From Terracidiphilus sp. (GTDB lineage: Bacteria > Acidobacteriota > Terriglobia > Terriglobales > Acidobacteriaceae), in contig DASXLY010000252.1 of assembly GCA_036495975.1 (NCBI GenBank), positions 412,201-476,200 of the forward strand: DNA of 64,000 bases, read 5' to 3'. Under the pieces are notes generated by a model, which did no database searches, had not been told where the DNA came from, and saw only the letters and a program-made list of their open reading frames with translations. Within the stretch, counting starts at the first letter, position 1, and each line of letters opens with the position of its first letter. A program made the position numbers and the translations under genes. Positions 51,631 to 60,197 of the stretch are shown here, one piece after another.

Positions 51631-53439
51631 ATGACACCCCCACCGCTGACGACGATCAACGACCTTTTTTGCCGTATTTCGGAGGCAGCAAACCCGCGCG
51701 CGATCCTGTGGCAGGACGAGTTCGGCAACTGGCAGCCGCTCTCCTCCGACCAGATCTACCAGCGGGTCCACACACTCTCCGAAGCGTTTCTTGCCTGGGG
51801 CGCCAAAAAAGGCGACCGCATAGCCCTCATTTCGGAAAACCGCTGGGAGTGGATCGTCTCCGATTTCGCCATCCTCGCTATCAACGCCGTCAATGTTCCG
51901 ATTTACCCGACCCTTACCGGGGAACAGATCGCGGTCCTGCTTTCCGATGCCGGCTGCCGGATCGCCATCGTCTCCACGCGCCAGCAGTTCGACAAGCTCA
52001 ATGCTGTCCGTTCGCAGACGCCTTTGGAGCGAATCCTCATCATGGACGGCAATCCGGCGAACACTCCCGACTTAGCCATCGGTTTTTCCAAGATCCTCGC
52101 TGGCGCCGATGACGCCGGATCCTATCGTGACCCCGTCTTCGACGCGTTGGTCCGATCCGTTGAGCCTACCGACCTTGCGACTTTGATCTACACTTCCGGG
52201 ACAACCGGCGAACCCAAAGGCGTCATGTTGACCCACGACAACATTGCCGCTAACCAGAACATTGCCGCCAGCAACTTTTCATTCGATCAAACCGACGCCT
52301 GCATCTCATTCCTTCCCTTGTCGCACATCACCGCACGGGCTCTCGACTACGTGATGTACAACCACGGCGCCCAGGTCGCCTACTGTTCCAACTTCGACAA
52401 GCTTCCACTGTCAATGAAAGAAGTCCGTCCCACGGTTTTCGTCGGCGTGCCTCGGGTCTACGAAAAGATTCGCCAGGCTGTCGAGCAGAAAGCATCTCAC
52501 TCGCCGGTTAAAAAGCGTTTGCTGGCGTGGGCCCTCGGCGTCGGAGAACGCAATCGCGACGCGGTCTACGACGGCAAACAACCCTCCTCCTTCTTCTGGA
52601 AGATCGCCAACAAGCTCATCTACGGCAAGGTTCGCGAGGCCTTCGGAGGCCGTGTGCGCATCTGGGTTTCCGGCGGCGCTCCGCTCGGTATCGACACCGC
52701 CAGATGGTTCGCCTCCGCTGGAATCGCTGTCTGGGAGGGCTACGGCCTCACGGAAACATCCCCCGTCATCGCGATCAACAACCCGGTGGTTCACCGTATG
52801 GGCGCGGTTGGCAAGCCTCTACCGAACCTCGGACTCAAATTCGCCGAAGACGGCGAACTTCTTGTGCGCGGACCTTCCATCTTTGCCGGGTACTGGCACA
52901 AGCCCGCAGCGAACGCAGAATGTTTTGACGCCGAAGGCTGGTTCCGAACCGGCGACATCGGCCATCTCGACGACGACGGATTTCTCTACATCACCGACCG
53001 CAAAAAGGAACTCCTCAAGACCTCCGGCGGCAAACTTGTCGCGCCGCAACCCATTGAGAACAAGCTCAAGAACTCTGTCATGGTGGCGCAGGTCGCGCTC
53101 GTCGGCGACAAGCACAAGTTCGTCTCCGCCCTCATCTCTCCCAACTTCGCGGCGCTGGAGGAGTGGGCTCGGCACGCGGGCCTTCAGATGCCCGATCGGT
53201 ACGCTCTCGTCGCCGACAAACGAATCATTTCTCTCTATGGAGAAGTCGTACGCGAGGCCAATGCCGGACTCGCCAATTTCGAAACCATCAAGCGCTTCCG
53301 CCTTGTGCCCGAAGAGTGGTCGCAGGAATCCGGCGAGTTGACTCCTTCGATGAAACTCAAGCGCCGCGTTATTTCGGCGAAGTATGCGTCGGTAATCGAC
53401 GAACTTTACGCGGACGAAGCAACCGCACGCGCCGAATAG
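51631..53439 (+). CDS. Long-chain fatty-acid--CoA ligase
   Basis: YTSGTTGEPKG, GYGLTETSP, GWFRTGDIG, LTPSMKLKR. Confidence 0.93.
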   Translation: MTPPPLTTINDLFCRISEAANPRAILWQDEFGNWQPLSSDQIYQRVHTLSEAFLAWGAKKGDRIALISENRWEWIVSDFAILAINAVNVPIYPTLTGEQIAVLLSDAGCRIAIVSTRQQFDKLNAVRSQTPLERILIMDGNPANTPDLAIGFSKILAGADDAGSYRDPVFDALVRSVEPTDLATLIYTSGTTGEPKGVMLTHDNIAANQNIAASNFSFDQTDACISFLPLSHITARALDYVMYNHGAQVAYCSNFDKLPLSMKEVRPTVFVGVPRVYEKIRQAVEQKASHSPVKKRLLAWALGVGERNRDAVYDGKQPSSFFWKIANKLIYGKVREAFGGRVRIWVSGGAPLGIDTARWFASAGIAVWEGYGLTETSPVIAINNPVVHRMGAVGKPLPNLGLKFAEDGELLVRGPSIFAGYWHKPAANAECFDAEGWFRTGDIGHLDDDGFLYITDRKKELLKTSGGKLVAPQPIENKLKNSVMVAQVALVGDKHKFVSALISPNFAALEEWARHAGLQMPDRYALVADKRIISLYGEVVREANAGLANFETIKRFRLVPEEWSQESGELTPSMKLKRRVISAKYASVIDELYADEATARAE

Positions 53440-54046
53440 GCGACTCTGGCCGTCCAATCTCCCAGCGACGAAATACCTTTCGCTTGCTCCACATCAATTG
53501 CAGCCCGCGAAAGAATGGTGCGCCCCACGCACCCACCGCCAGAATGCCTCCAAAGAGAATGACCGCGTCAATGCTGATGCGGCCCTCGCGCGACCAATAG
53601 TCGTTGGGATCGAGATTCAGCCACAACGAGAACTCATCCAGCGTCAGTGCTGCTCCCACGCCGTAACTCACGCTCATCAACCTGCTGAAAAAAATCGAAA
53701 GCGGCGAATGACTGCGCCCCAGGTCAAGGAGCCATCCATAACCCACCAGCAGCAGGATCATGATTCCCCACACCAGGTGGTGGATATGGTGCCCGCGCAC
53801 CATCACCCAACCGAATGGCCCGTGATTATGAATCACCAGGCTCACGATCAGCCGAACGCCCGCAAACGTGATCAGAAACGATGCCGAGGCAATAAACATC
53901 CGCCGCCGGGGCCGGTCGGGAATTGTCGACCGAACCACGAAGCCGAGCCGCGTCAACTGCAAAAGCACCAGCAGCAAGATGACCACCAGGCTCGCAAACG
54001 CCAGCAGAATCAGGGCTCCGGTACCGGGTGTCGGCATATCCTCCAT
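53369..54046 (-). CDS. Membrane protein of unknown function
   Basis: HIHHLVWGI and GAALTLDEF..WL motifs; 3' end overlaps the convergent ligase. Confidence 0.75.
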   Translation of the reverse strand: MEDMPTPGTGALILLAFASLVVILLLVLLQLTRLGFVVRSTIPDRPRRRMFIASASFLITFAGVRLIVSLVIHNHGPFGWVMVRGHHIHHLVWGIMILLLVGYGWLLDLGRSHSPLSIFFSRLMSVSYGVGAALTLDEFSLWLNLDPNDYWSREGRISIDAVILFGGILAVGAWGAPFFRGLQLMWSKRKVFRRWEIGRPESPIRRVRLLRPRKVRRLPTHTSPK

Positions 54047-54122
54047 TGAACCACCCCGCTGTCGATTTCCAGCGATAGATTCGACATTGGACCAGAATCA
54101 TCACACCCCAAAAGCTTCTCAT

Positions 54123-54201
54123 TCCGGGCGATGCCGAAGAACCTCCGGCTCTTCACCAGGCTGGCTGGGAAATACCAACACGAGCGACTGCGCCACCCGG
54201 A
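54123..54201 (-). ncRNA. Candidate structured RNA (three stems)
   Basis: Outer stem and two hairpins that pair fully (with G-U) only on the minus strand. Confidence 0.35.
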
Positions 54202-54222
54202 TGCTTTCTGCAGAAGGGCTGC

Positions 54223-54254
54223 GGTGCCCCAGGTTTCGCCTTTCGGACCTGGGT
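54223..54254 (+). repeat. REP-like hairpin, copy 1
   Basis: GGTGCCCCAGGTTTCGCCTTTCGGACCTGGGT. Confidence 0.7.
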
Positions 54255-54372
54255 GGGGATCCTAGTTCCACAGCGAAAGCTAGGTGCCATCCATCGCGCA
54301 TTTCCATTCCACAATGGGTGCGAAACACAAGCCTCAATGGCTGCACAGGCGTGGGAAACCGATAACCCGGAA

Positions 54373-54416
54373 CGTGAGCACTGTCACGATTCCCCTTTAC
54401 AACCGAGGCATATACT
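54373..54416 (+). promoter_or_regulatory. Class-II CRP/FNR-type promoter of pfk
   Basis: CGTGA-GCACTG-TCACG (54373-54388) and TATACT -10 (54411-54416). Confidence 0.7.
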
Positions 54417-54523
54417 GTTTAAGGCGTCGAGGGCGGCGATTCTTTATGCGCGCCCGAACAGTAGTTCGTTCGGGTCGGCCCGCCCCATGCGACGCTGTCC
54501 GATTTCGATCAGGAGAACAAACG

Positions 54524-55558
54524 ATGCGAGTAGCACTGTTGACCGGCGGCGGTGACTGCCCCGGCTTGAATGCTGTCATTTATGCCGCCGTGCGCAAAGG
54601 AATCCAGACCTACGGCGATGAATTCATCGGTTTCCTCAACGGCTGGCGCGGCGTCCTCGATAACAACTTCATGCCGCTCACCCTCGAAAACACCGACGGC
54701 ATTCAGCTCACGGGCGGCACCATCCTGCACTCCTCCCGCACCAATGTGAAGAAGATCCCTGGCGGCATCGAGAAGGTGCAGGAGGTTCTCAAACTGAACA
54801 AGATCGATGCGCTCATTGCGCTCGGCGGCGACGACACGCAGTCGGTTACCCTCTTTCTCGCCGAAAACGGCATCAACGCCGTCGGCGTCCCAAAGACCAT
54901 CGACAACGACATCAGTGGCACCGATCAAACCTTCGGCTTCGATACCGCGGTCATGATCGCCACCGAAGCCGTCGGCCGCCTTCACACCACCGCCGACTCG
55001 CACAATCGCGTCATCGTCTGTGAAGTGATGGGCCGCGATGCCGGCTGGATCGCCTATGCCTCCGGAGTCGCCGGTGGCGCTCATGTCGTTCTTGTCCCCG
55101 AGAAGGAAATCGACATCGATCACGTTTGCGCGTTGCTTAAATACAACTACGATCACGGCAAGCACTATGGCATCGTGGTCGTCGCCGAAGGTTGCCATCT
55201 CCCTGAAGTCGGCCAGGTCACCGGTTCCAAGGAAGTCGATTCTTTTGGCCACGCCCGCCTCTCCGGCATTGGCGAAGCCCTTGCCAGCCTCATCGAGAAG
55301 AAGACTGGCTTTGAAACTCGCTCCGTGAATCTCGGTCACACCCAGCGCGGTGGAGTGCCCACTGCCTACGATCGCGTTCTCGGTCAGCGCTACGGCCTGC
55401 ACGCCATCGACATGGTCCACGAAAAGAAGTGGGGCCGCATCGCTGTCCTCCACGGTCTCGACGTCACCGACATCACCATCAAGGAAGCCATCGCCACCAA
55501 CCGTCGTCTCGACCAGCGCTTCTTCGACGTAATCCGCGATCTCGAAGCCAAAGTCTAG
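54524..55558 (+). CDS. pfkA: 6-phosphofructokinase, probably PPi-dependent
   Basis: TGGGDCPGLN, GGDDT, PKTIDND, EVMGRDAG; AGGAG RBS. Confidence 0.93.
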   Translation: MRVALLTGGGDCPGLNAVIYAAVRKGIQTYGDEFIGFLNGWRGVLDNNFMPLTLENTDGIQLTGGTILHSSRTNVKKIPGGIEKVQEVLKLNKIDALIALGGDDTQSVTLFLAENGINAVGVPKTIDNDISGTDQTFGFDTAVMIATEAVGRLHTTADSHNRVIVCEVMGRDAGWIAYASGVAGGAHVVLVPEKEIDIDHVCALLKYNYDHGKHYGIVVVAEGCHLPEVGQVTGSKEVDSFGHARLSGIGEALASLIEKKTGFETRSVNLGHTQRGGVPTAYDRVLGQRYGLHAIDMVHEKKWGRIAVLHGLDVTDITIKEAIATNRRLDQRFFDVIRDLEAKV

Positions 55559-55581
55559 GGCTTCAAAATCGCCGAGGAACT

Positions 55582-55614
55582 GGATGCCCCAGGTCTCGAG
55601 TTTGAGACCTGGGA
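55582..55614 (+). repeat. REP-like hairpin, copy 2
   Basis: GGATGCCCCAGGTCTCGAGTTTGAGACCTGGGA. Confidence 0.75.
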
Positions 55615-55640
55615 GAGAAGCCTCCAGCTACAACAGACCC

Positions 55641-55687
55641 GGGGTGCCAGCCCATGTGCGTTCTTTTCTTTGCGCATGGGAGGGCAC
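55641..55687 (+). repeat. REP-like hairpin, related variant
   Basis: GGGGTGCC ag CCCATGTGCG ttcttttctt TGCGCATGGG ag GGCAC. Confidence 0.6.
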
Positions 55688-55738
55688 AAACCTTAACCGG
55701 CCTCCACTAACTCCGCTAGTCCGCGCTATCTTCCCCGC

Positions 55739-56215
55739 ATGCACTACCGATTCTTCGAGCCCGACGACTTCGACGACCTCTACGCCATTGAGGAGATCTG
55801 CTTTCAGCCGCCGCAGCGCTTCTCGCGCCGTTACATGCGTGAGCTCACCAGCTCTCCCGATGCCGCCACTTGGATAGCCGCCGAATCGAGTCGGTATATG
55901 GCGGGCTTTGCCATCGTCGAATGGGCGCAACAGATTTCAGGCATCATCGCATACATCGACACCATTGAAGTCCTACCCGGATTTCGTGGTCGCGGCATCG
56001 CCGCTGAACTGATGCGCCGCCTCGAAGGCTCCGCCAATGCCGAGCGCGCCATCACCATCTGGCTGCACGTTGACGCAGAGAACGCGCCCGCTATACGCCT
56101 CTACGAGCGCCTCGGCTATCACAACACCGGTCGCGCCGACCACTTCTATGCCCGCAATCGACCCGCCGCAATCTACGCCAAGGGTCTGCAGAATCAGACC
56201 TCCGAAAACCAGTGA
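55739..56215 (+). CDS. GNAT acetyltransferase (RimI-like)
   Basis: FRGRGIA, LHV...N.PAI.LYERLGY; TATCTT -10 ends 7 nt before the ATG. Confidence 0.88.
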   Translation: MHYRFFEPDDFDDLYAIEEICFQPPQRFSRRYMRELTSSPDAATWIAAESSRYMAGFAIVEWAQQISGIIAYIDTIEVLPGFRGRGIAAELMRRLEGSANAERAITIWLHVDAENAPAIRLYERLGYHNTGRADHFYARNRPAAIYAKGLQNQTSENQ

Positions 56216-56396
56216 TCCGACGCCGAGAAATTGCCATCTTGACTAGTTTGAGAAAAAGATTAGATGTATGGTGTAAGTGCTTAATCTAAGATGAGTTAAT
56301 TTAATCCCTTGAGGCCTGAATCGCGCGTTTTATGGCGGGCAAGGGACAGTGCTTCTCACCGATCCCGGGGTCTAACTCGCTGTCGAGCAGATCGGT

Positions 56397-56978
56397 CTAG
56401 CTGACCCTCTCGAACTTCTCCGACAGGTAGTTGCAAGCAGGGCAATTCTCCGCTTCGGTTCTTTCGGCGGCGTATCCGCAGAGGCCGCAAACATGGAAAT
56501 CGTGCGGCTCCAGCACCCATCCCGAATCGCCGCTGCCGTTCACGCGGGTGATTACTTCGCTGTGCAGCCGTGCATGCGATTTGTCTGCTTCAAGCGCCCA
56601 ATGGAAGCTGCGCACAGCCGTAGAGTCAAACAGCGAAACCGCAGTCGTGAGAAAAGTCGGATAGAGATAATCAACTTCGAATCTCTGATCGACAAGGGCT
56701 GCTCTCAGGTTATTGATCGCGCTTTCCACCCGTGGTCTGGGAACGTCCACCAGTGTCGATCCGCCCATGTGCCGCAAAACCCGCGCATGATTACTCGCGT
56801 GGATTTGTTCCGCGAGGGCTGTAGCGCGAAACAGGCTAGCCAGTCCGTGCAGACCTTCATCGTCCGCGCTGACCGCATAGGCCTTGTACGCGGCGCAATT
56901 CTTCATTTCCTCTTCCAGCGCCGTTTCAAGATTGCGTATAACCGCTACATCCTCAATCCCGGCCACGTGAGAAATCAT
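56397..56978 (-). CDS. Rubrerythrin-family protein with altered diiron ligands
   Basis: AEQIH, DQRFE, ADKSH, C-terminal CGLC...CPAC. Confidence 0.85.
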   Translation of the reverse strand: MISHVAGIEDVAVIRNLETALEEEMKNCAAYKAYAVSADDEGLHGLASLFRATALAEQIHASNHARVLRHMGGSTLVDVPRPRVESAINNLRAALVDQRFEVDYLYPTFLTTAVSLFDSTAVRSFHWALEADKSHARLHSEVITRVNGSGDSGWVLEPHDFHVCGLCGYAAERTEAENCPACNYLSEKFERVS

Positions 56979-57676
56979 CCGGTCCGGCTCCAAGAGTGCA
57001 CAAAGTCCTCTTGAGGCTTAGATGCGAAGGGGAACGACTTGGTGACGCGAATCACATGAAATTTGTGGCCGCAATAAATTGCGTGTTCACAATTCTGACC
57101 GCCGCAGAAATTCAACGAAATCACTTCAAACCTGTCCCAGACGAAGTTGCACGCTGGGCAGTTGTCGGCTTCCTGGGTCTTTGCCGTGTAGCCGCACAGC
57201 GTGCACACATAGAAATCAAGCTGGTCCTTTGTCCATCCGGGGCCCGTTTCCATCGTCGCAAGCGCGTCCTCGTAGAGCCGCGCATGCGTCTTTTCCGATT
57301 CGATCGCCCAATGGATCGAGCGCATTCCTGCGGTGTCGAGTTGCGAGGCCGCATGTACCAGGATCGACGGATAGAGCGATTCGATTTCTTGCTGTTCTCC
57401 GCCCAGTGCGGCCTTCAGGTTCTCCATTGTCGATCTCACTCGAAATGGACGGATCTCCGCCTCGATCCCGCCCCCCATGTGGCGAATCACGCGGGCGTGG
57501 TTGCTGGCATGAATCTGTTCGGCGCGAGCCGCGGCTCGAAACAGACTGGCCGCGCCATACATCCCTTCCGCTTCGGCCTTGGTGGCAAATGCCTTGTATT
57601 GGGCATGTGCATTCACTTCATTTTCATAGGCTTCCAGTAAATTGCTGATCCCATTCTCGTTCTCGGCAGCAACCAT
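56975..57676 (-). CDS. Rubrerythrin with C-terminal extension
   Basis: ENE, AEQIH, GEQQE, SEKTH, CTLC...CPAC; similarity to the paralogue ends near 57116. Confidence 0.88.
   Translation of the reverse strand: MVAAENENGISNLLEAYENEVNAHAQYKAFATKAEAEGMYGAASLFRAAARAEQIHASNHARVIRHMGGGIEAEIRPFRVRSTMENLKAALGGEQQEIESLYPSILVHAASQLDTAGMRSIHWAIESEKTHARLYEDALATMETGPGWTKDQLDFYVCTLCGYTAKTQEADNCPACNFVWDRFEVISLNFCGGQNCEHAIYCGHKFHVIRVTKSFPFASKPQEDFVHSWSRTG
57041..57056. promoter_or_regulatory. CRP/FNR-family site upstream of the second rubrerythrin
   Basis: GGTGA-CGCGAA-TCACA, lying inside the extension of the first rubrerythrin. Confidence 0.55.
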
Positions 57677-57708
57677 CGCGTCTATCCTCTTTAATCAACC
57701 GATAGTCC

Positions 57709-57751
57709 AGTGTAGGGTTGTACTTCCGCGCAATCCGTGATTGTAATCACA
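57709..57751 (-). promoter_or_regulatory. Class-II CRP/FNR-type promoter of rubrerythrin
   Basis: TGTGA-TTACAA-TCACG (minus strand, 57751-57736) centred at -41.5 relative to TACACT -10 (57714-57709). Confidence 0.75.
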
Positions 57752-57851
57752 GGCTTCCCATCGCGCGGAGGATTGTCTGTTCTGAGTGCGGTTTTGATAG
57801 CCGAAAGGCAGTTTCCTCGATAGGATCCGGATCCCGCGAGGCGCCCGCGGC

Positions 57852-59081
57852 TCAGAAGCCTGATGGCTTCGTCAGTTCCTCGAGCATTTGCTCGTCGGGA
57901 AAGCTTCTTACCCTGACTCTTCGAGGGACCATTCCCTGGATAGGTTCCATCAGGCTGCCCAACCTGTTACAAGCCTTCTCCCATGGCACTCTCAGGAACT
58001 CACTGGAATCGCCTTCAGGCGCCTCGGGGTTCAGAAACAACGTGATCTCATCCGTCACCGGCAGAAGGGAATCCACGTCCCTCGACCAGACCGTGTGGGT
58101 GAAGTAGGTGCCGTCATCCTTCTTGTATAGCTGGCATCCAGCAACAAAAATCTCTTCCTTCTCCCGCCCGTAGATAGCGTTCAGGTACTTCTGCTGTTCC
58201 GTATAATCCGTTGCTTCTCGCCTCTTCTGCACTTCGAGGAGGCGCCGCCTCAACATTGGCTCGTCAGGAAGGAACAATTCCCATTTCCCGTCTCTCAGGA
58301 CATACAAATTAGGTGACAGAGGGTATCCATTCTCAAAGTGAGTCTTCGCCCCCTCTTCGACGATGAAGCTCATTGCTCCCGTGTCCAGTTCGCCGCAAAC
58401 GAACAGAATGTCGCGATTCGGAATAAAAGCGACTGGATCGCCCTGCAGAGGGATTCGGTAAAAATAGTCGGTGAGGATCAGGCGAGCGGATTCGTAGGAA
58501 TCATTCCAGGTGCCGAGGTGTACGCCATCCCTCAACTCCGTGAACCCGCTCGGATCGGTTCGGTCGCGAAGGTTTTCCTTCGCGATTTGAACGGCGGCTT
58601 CCAGCGACACTCCCCAGGACTGGAGTTTGTCCTGATTCACCAGGCTCATGCTGTCCTGAAAGTCGCAGGCGCACAGGATGTTCAATTCGGGCGCGAACGG
58701 CAACTCGGGAGTCAGATGGATATCGGCGGTGCTGCGGGATTCCAGGGCAAGGTGGCTTAGGCTGATGTATCGAAAGTCCCGAAGGACCGGCATAAAACCC
58801 GCCTTCGCCGATTCGAAATCGCTGGGGATCTTGGATTCGGCGGCAAAAGCATTCACGAACCTTGCCAGGATGGTTTCTCTACCCTGCGCATCGGCCTGAC
58901 AATAATTCTGAAATACGTTATGGAGAAAGATCGCGTTTGAGGTTCCGGGGCGCTGGATCGAGAAATCGGCCTCGCGGTACTCGAAGTCGCCTATGCCCGA
59001 CTTTGAAAAGTGACGAATGACGATATGGGCGAACCCATCTCGCGTCGTTTCCCGCCGGAGCAGTTTGCTGATCAGACCCAT
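57852..59081 (-). CDS. Hypothetical protein (possibly DUF1444/YtpQ-like)
   Basis: 409-aa ORF; W.VS.E...Q.A..NL, DSYESARLIL, PNRD.L pattern. Confidence 0.7.
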   Translation of the reverse strand: MGLISKLLRRETTRDGFAHIVIRHFSKSGIGDFEYREADFSIQRPGTSNAIFLHNVFQNYCQADAQGRETILARFVNAFAAESKIPSDFESAKAGFMPVLRDFRYISLSHLALESRSTADIHLTPELPFAPELNILCACDFQDSMSLVNQDKLQSWGVSLEAAVQIAKENLRDRTDPSGFTELRDGVHLGTWNDSYESARLILTDYFYRIPLQGDPVAFIPNRDILFVCGELDTGAMSFIVEEGAKTHFENGYPLSPNLYVLRDGKWELFLPDEPMLRRRLLEVQKRREATDYTEQQKYLNAIYGREKEEIFVAGCQLYKKDDGTYFTHTVWSRDVDSLLPVTDEITLFLNPEAPEGDSSEFLRVPWEKACNRLGSLMEPIQGMVPRRVRVRSFPDEQMLEELTKPSGF

Positions 59082-59248
59082 GTTAAGGTTGCATCATACA
59101 AGGTCGGCCGCCAATCCGAGGAGTTTTCCCCGGTGATAACTGCCGCTTCGCGAACCGGCCTTCAGCCCGGACTCTCTTCCTCACCCCCATCCAGACCGCT
59201 TCTCGCCCAAGAGACGGCAGACTCTGTCTCCGGAACAGATCGGGCAAA

Positions 59249-59704
59249 TCAGCCAATGTGCACTACGGCGAGCAAAAAGCAGACCATCGCCATGGTGAGC
59301 GCGGCCACACGCCACCGATGCATTCCATCCCAGTGTCCATGTTCTCTGAGTTCGGATTCGCTGGCTGTTTCCGGGTCTAGCTGCGCCAGCCGGTTGTTGA
59401 TCGGCACAAGAAACAGGAGCGTCAGGATGATCACAGCCGCCCAGATCGCGCTCGATGCAATCAGCAGCGCACCACCCGTATCCCCACGGCGGATCGCCAT
59501 CTCCGCAATCAGCAGCACAAGGCTGCCGCCATACCAGAAGGGCATCACGAACCCCAGTCTTCCAGCAAACAGCCGGATAGCCCGCAATTCCTCGCGTGTC
59601 CCGAGCTTGCGCAGAATCGGGTTGATAAATGCGGAAACTGCAAATTCCGTGCCAACCAGTAGTCCAATGCAAACAATCGTCGTAATGTCCAGTAGTGATC
59701 TCAT
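59249..59704 (-). CDS. DUF1772 (anthrone oxygenase-like) membrane protein
   Basis: GTEFAV, MPFWY, VPINNR, W...H.WR; AGGAG RBS. Confidence 0.85.
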   Translation of the reverse strand: MRSLLDITTIVCIGLLVGTEFAVSAFINPILRKLGTREELRAIRLFAGRLGFVMPFWYGGSLVLLIAEMAIRRGDTGGALLIASSAIWAAVIILTLLFLVPINNRLAQLDPETASESELREHGHWDGMHRWRVAALTMAMVCFLLAVVHIG

Positions 59705-59757
59705 GTTCAACTCCTGAGCGTCAGACGAGACCCGGCGATAGAATGATTCAAGAAGCC

Positions 59758-59779
59758 GTACTGACAAATATGTCAGTGC
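59758..59779. promoter_or_regulatory. Palindromic operator, probably bound by the HxlR regulator
   Basis: gtACTGACA-AATA-TGTCAGTgc between the divergent genes. Confidence 0.65.
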
Positions 59780-59804
59780 CGCGTTCCCCGTTCAGGCCAC
59801 AATT

Positions 59805-60149
59805 ATGCCGGTTTCCAAGAAGGAGATTTCGCAGTGTCCCATCGATGCCATGCTTTCTGTGATTGACGGTCGATGGAAGGGAACTATCCTCTGGCGTCTC
59901 TCTGAATCTGAAGGCCCCATGCGTACCAGCGAACTGCTGCGCACCATCTCCGGCATCACCGAGCGCATGCTCATCCGCCATCTGAAAGACCTCGTCGACG
60001 ATGGCATCCTCGTCCGGCAGCGCGAGAAGGGAACTCACCCGCGTGTCCTCTATTCAATCTCCGACTACGGAAAGACCATGCTTCCGGTCCTAGAGCACAT
60101 CTGCTCCTGGGGCCGAAAGCATATCGAAGTTCGAAAAGGGCAGTGCTGA
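59805..60149 (+). CDS. HxlR-family winged-helix regulator
   Basis: CPID.....I.GRWK..IL, ITERML...L..L, P.V.YS. Confidence 0.9.
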   Translation: MPVSKKEISQCPIDAMLSVIDGRWKGTILWRLSESEGPMRTSELLRTISGITERMLIRHLKDLVDDGILVRQREKGTHPRVLYSISDYGKTMLPVLEHICSWGRKHIEVRKGQC

Positions 60150-60197
60150 CCAGGTTTTGAGATCTGCTATGGTCTCCGCAGGGAGATAACCGCGCTA

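Noticed and set aside
54123-54203. tRNA-like words (UGGCGCAG, GGUUC) on the minus strand
   Set aside because: No D-loop GG, anticodon arm or TTCRA T-loop; kept only as an unassigned structured RNA.
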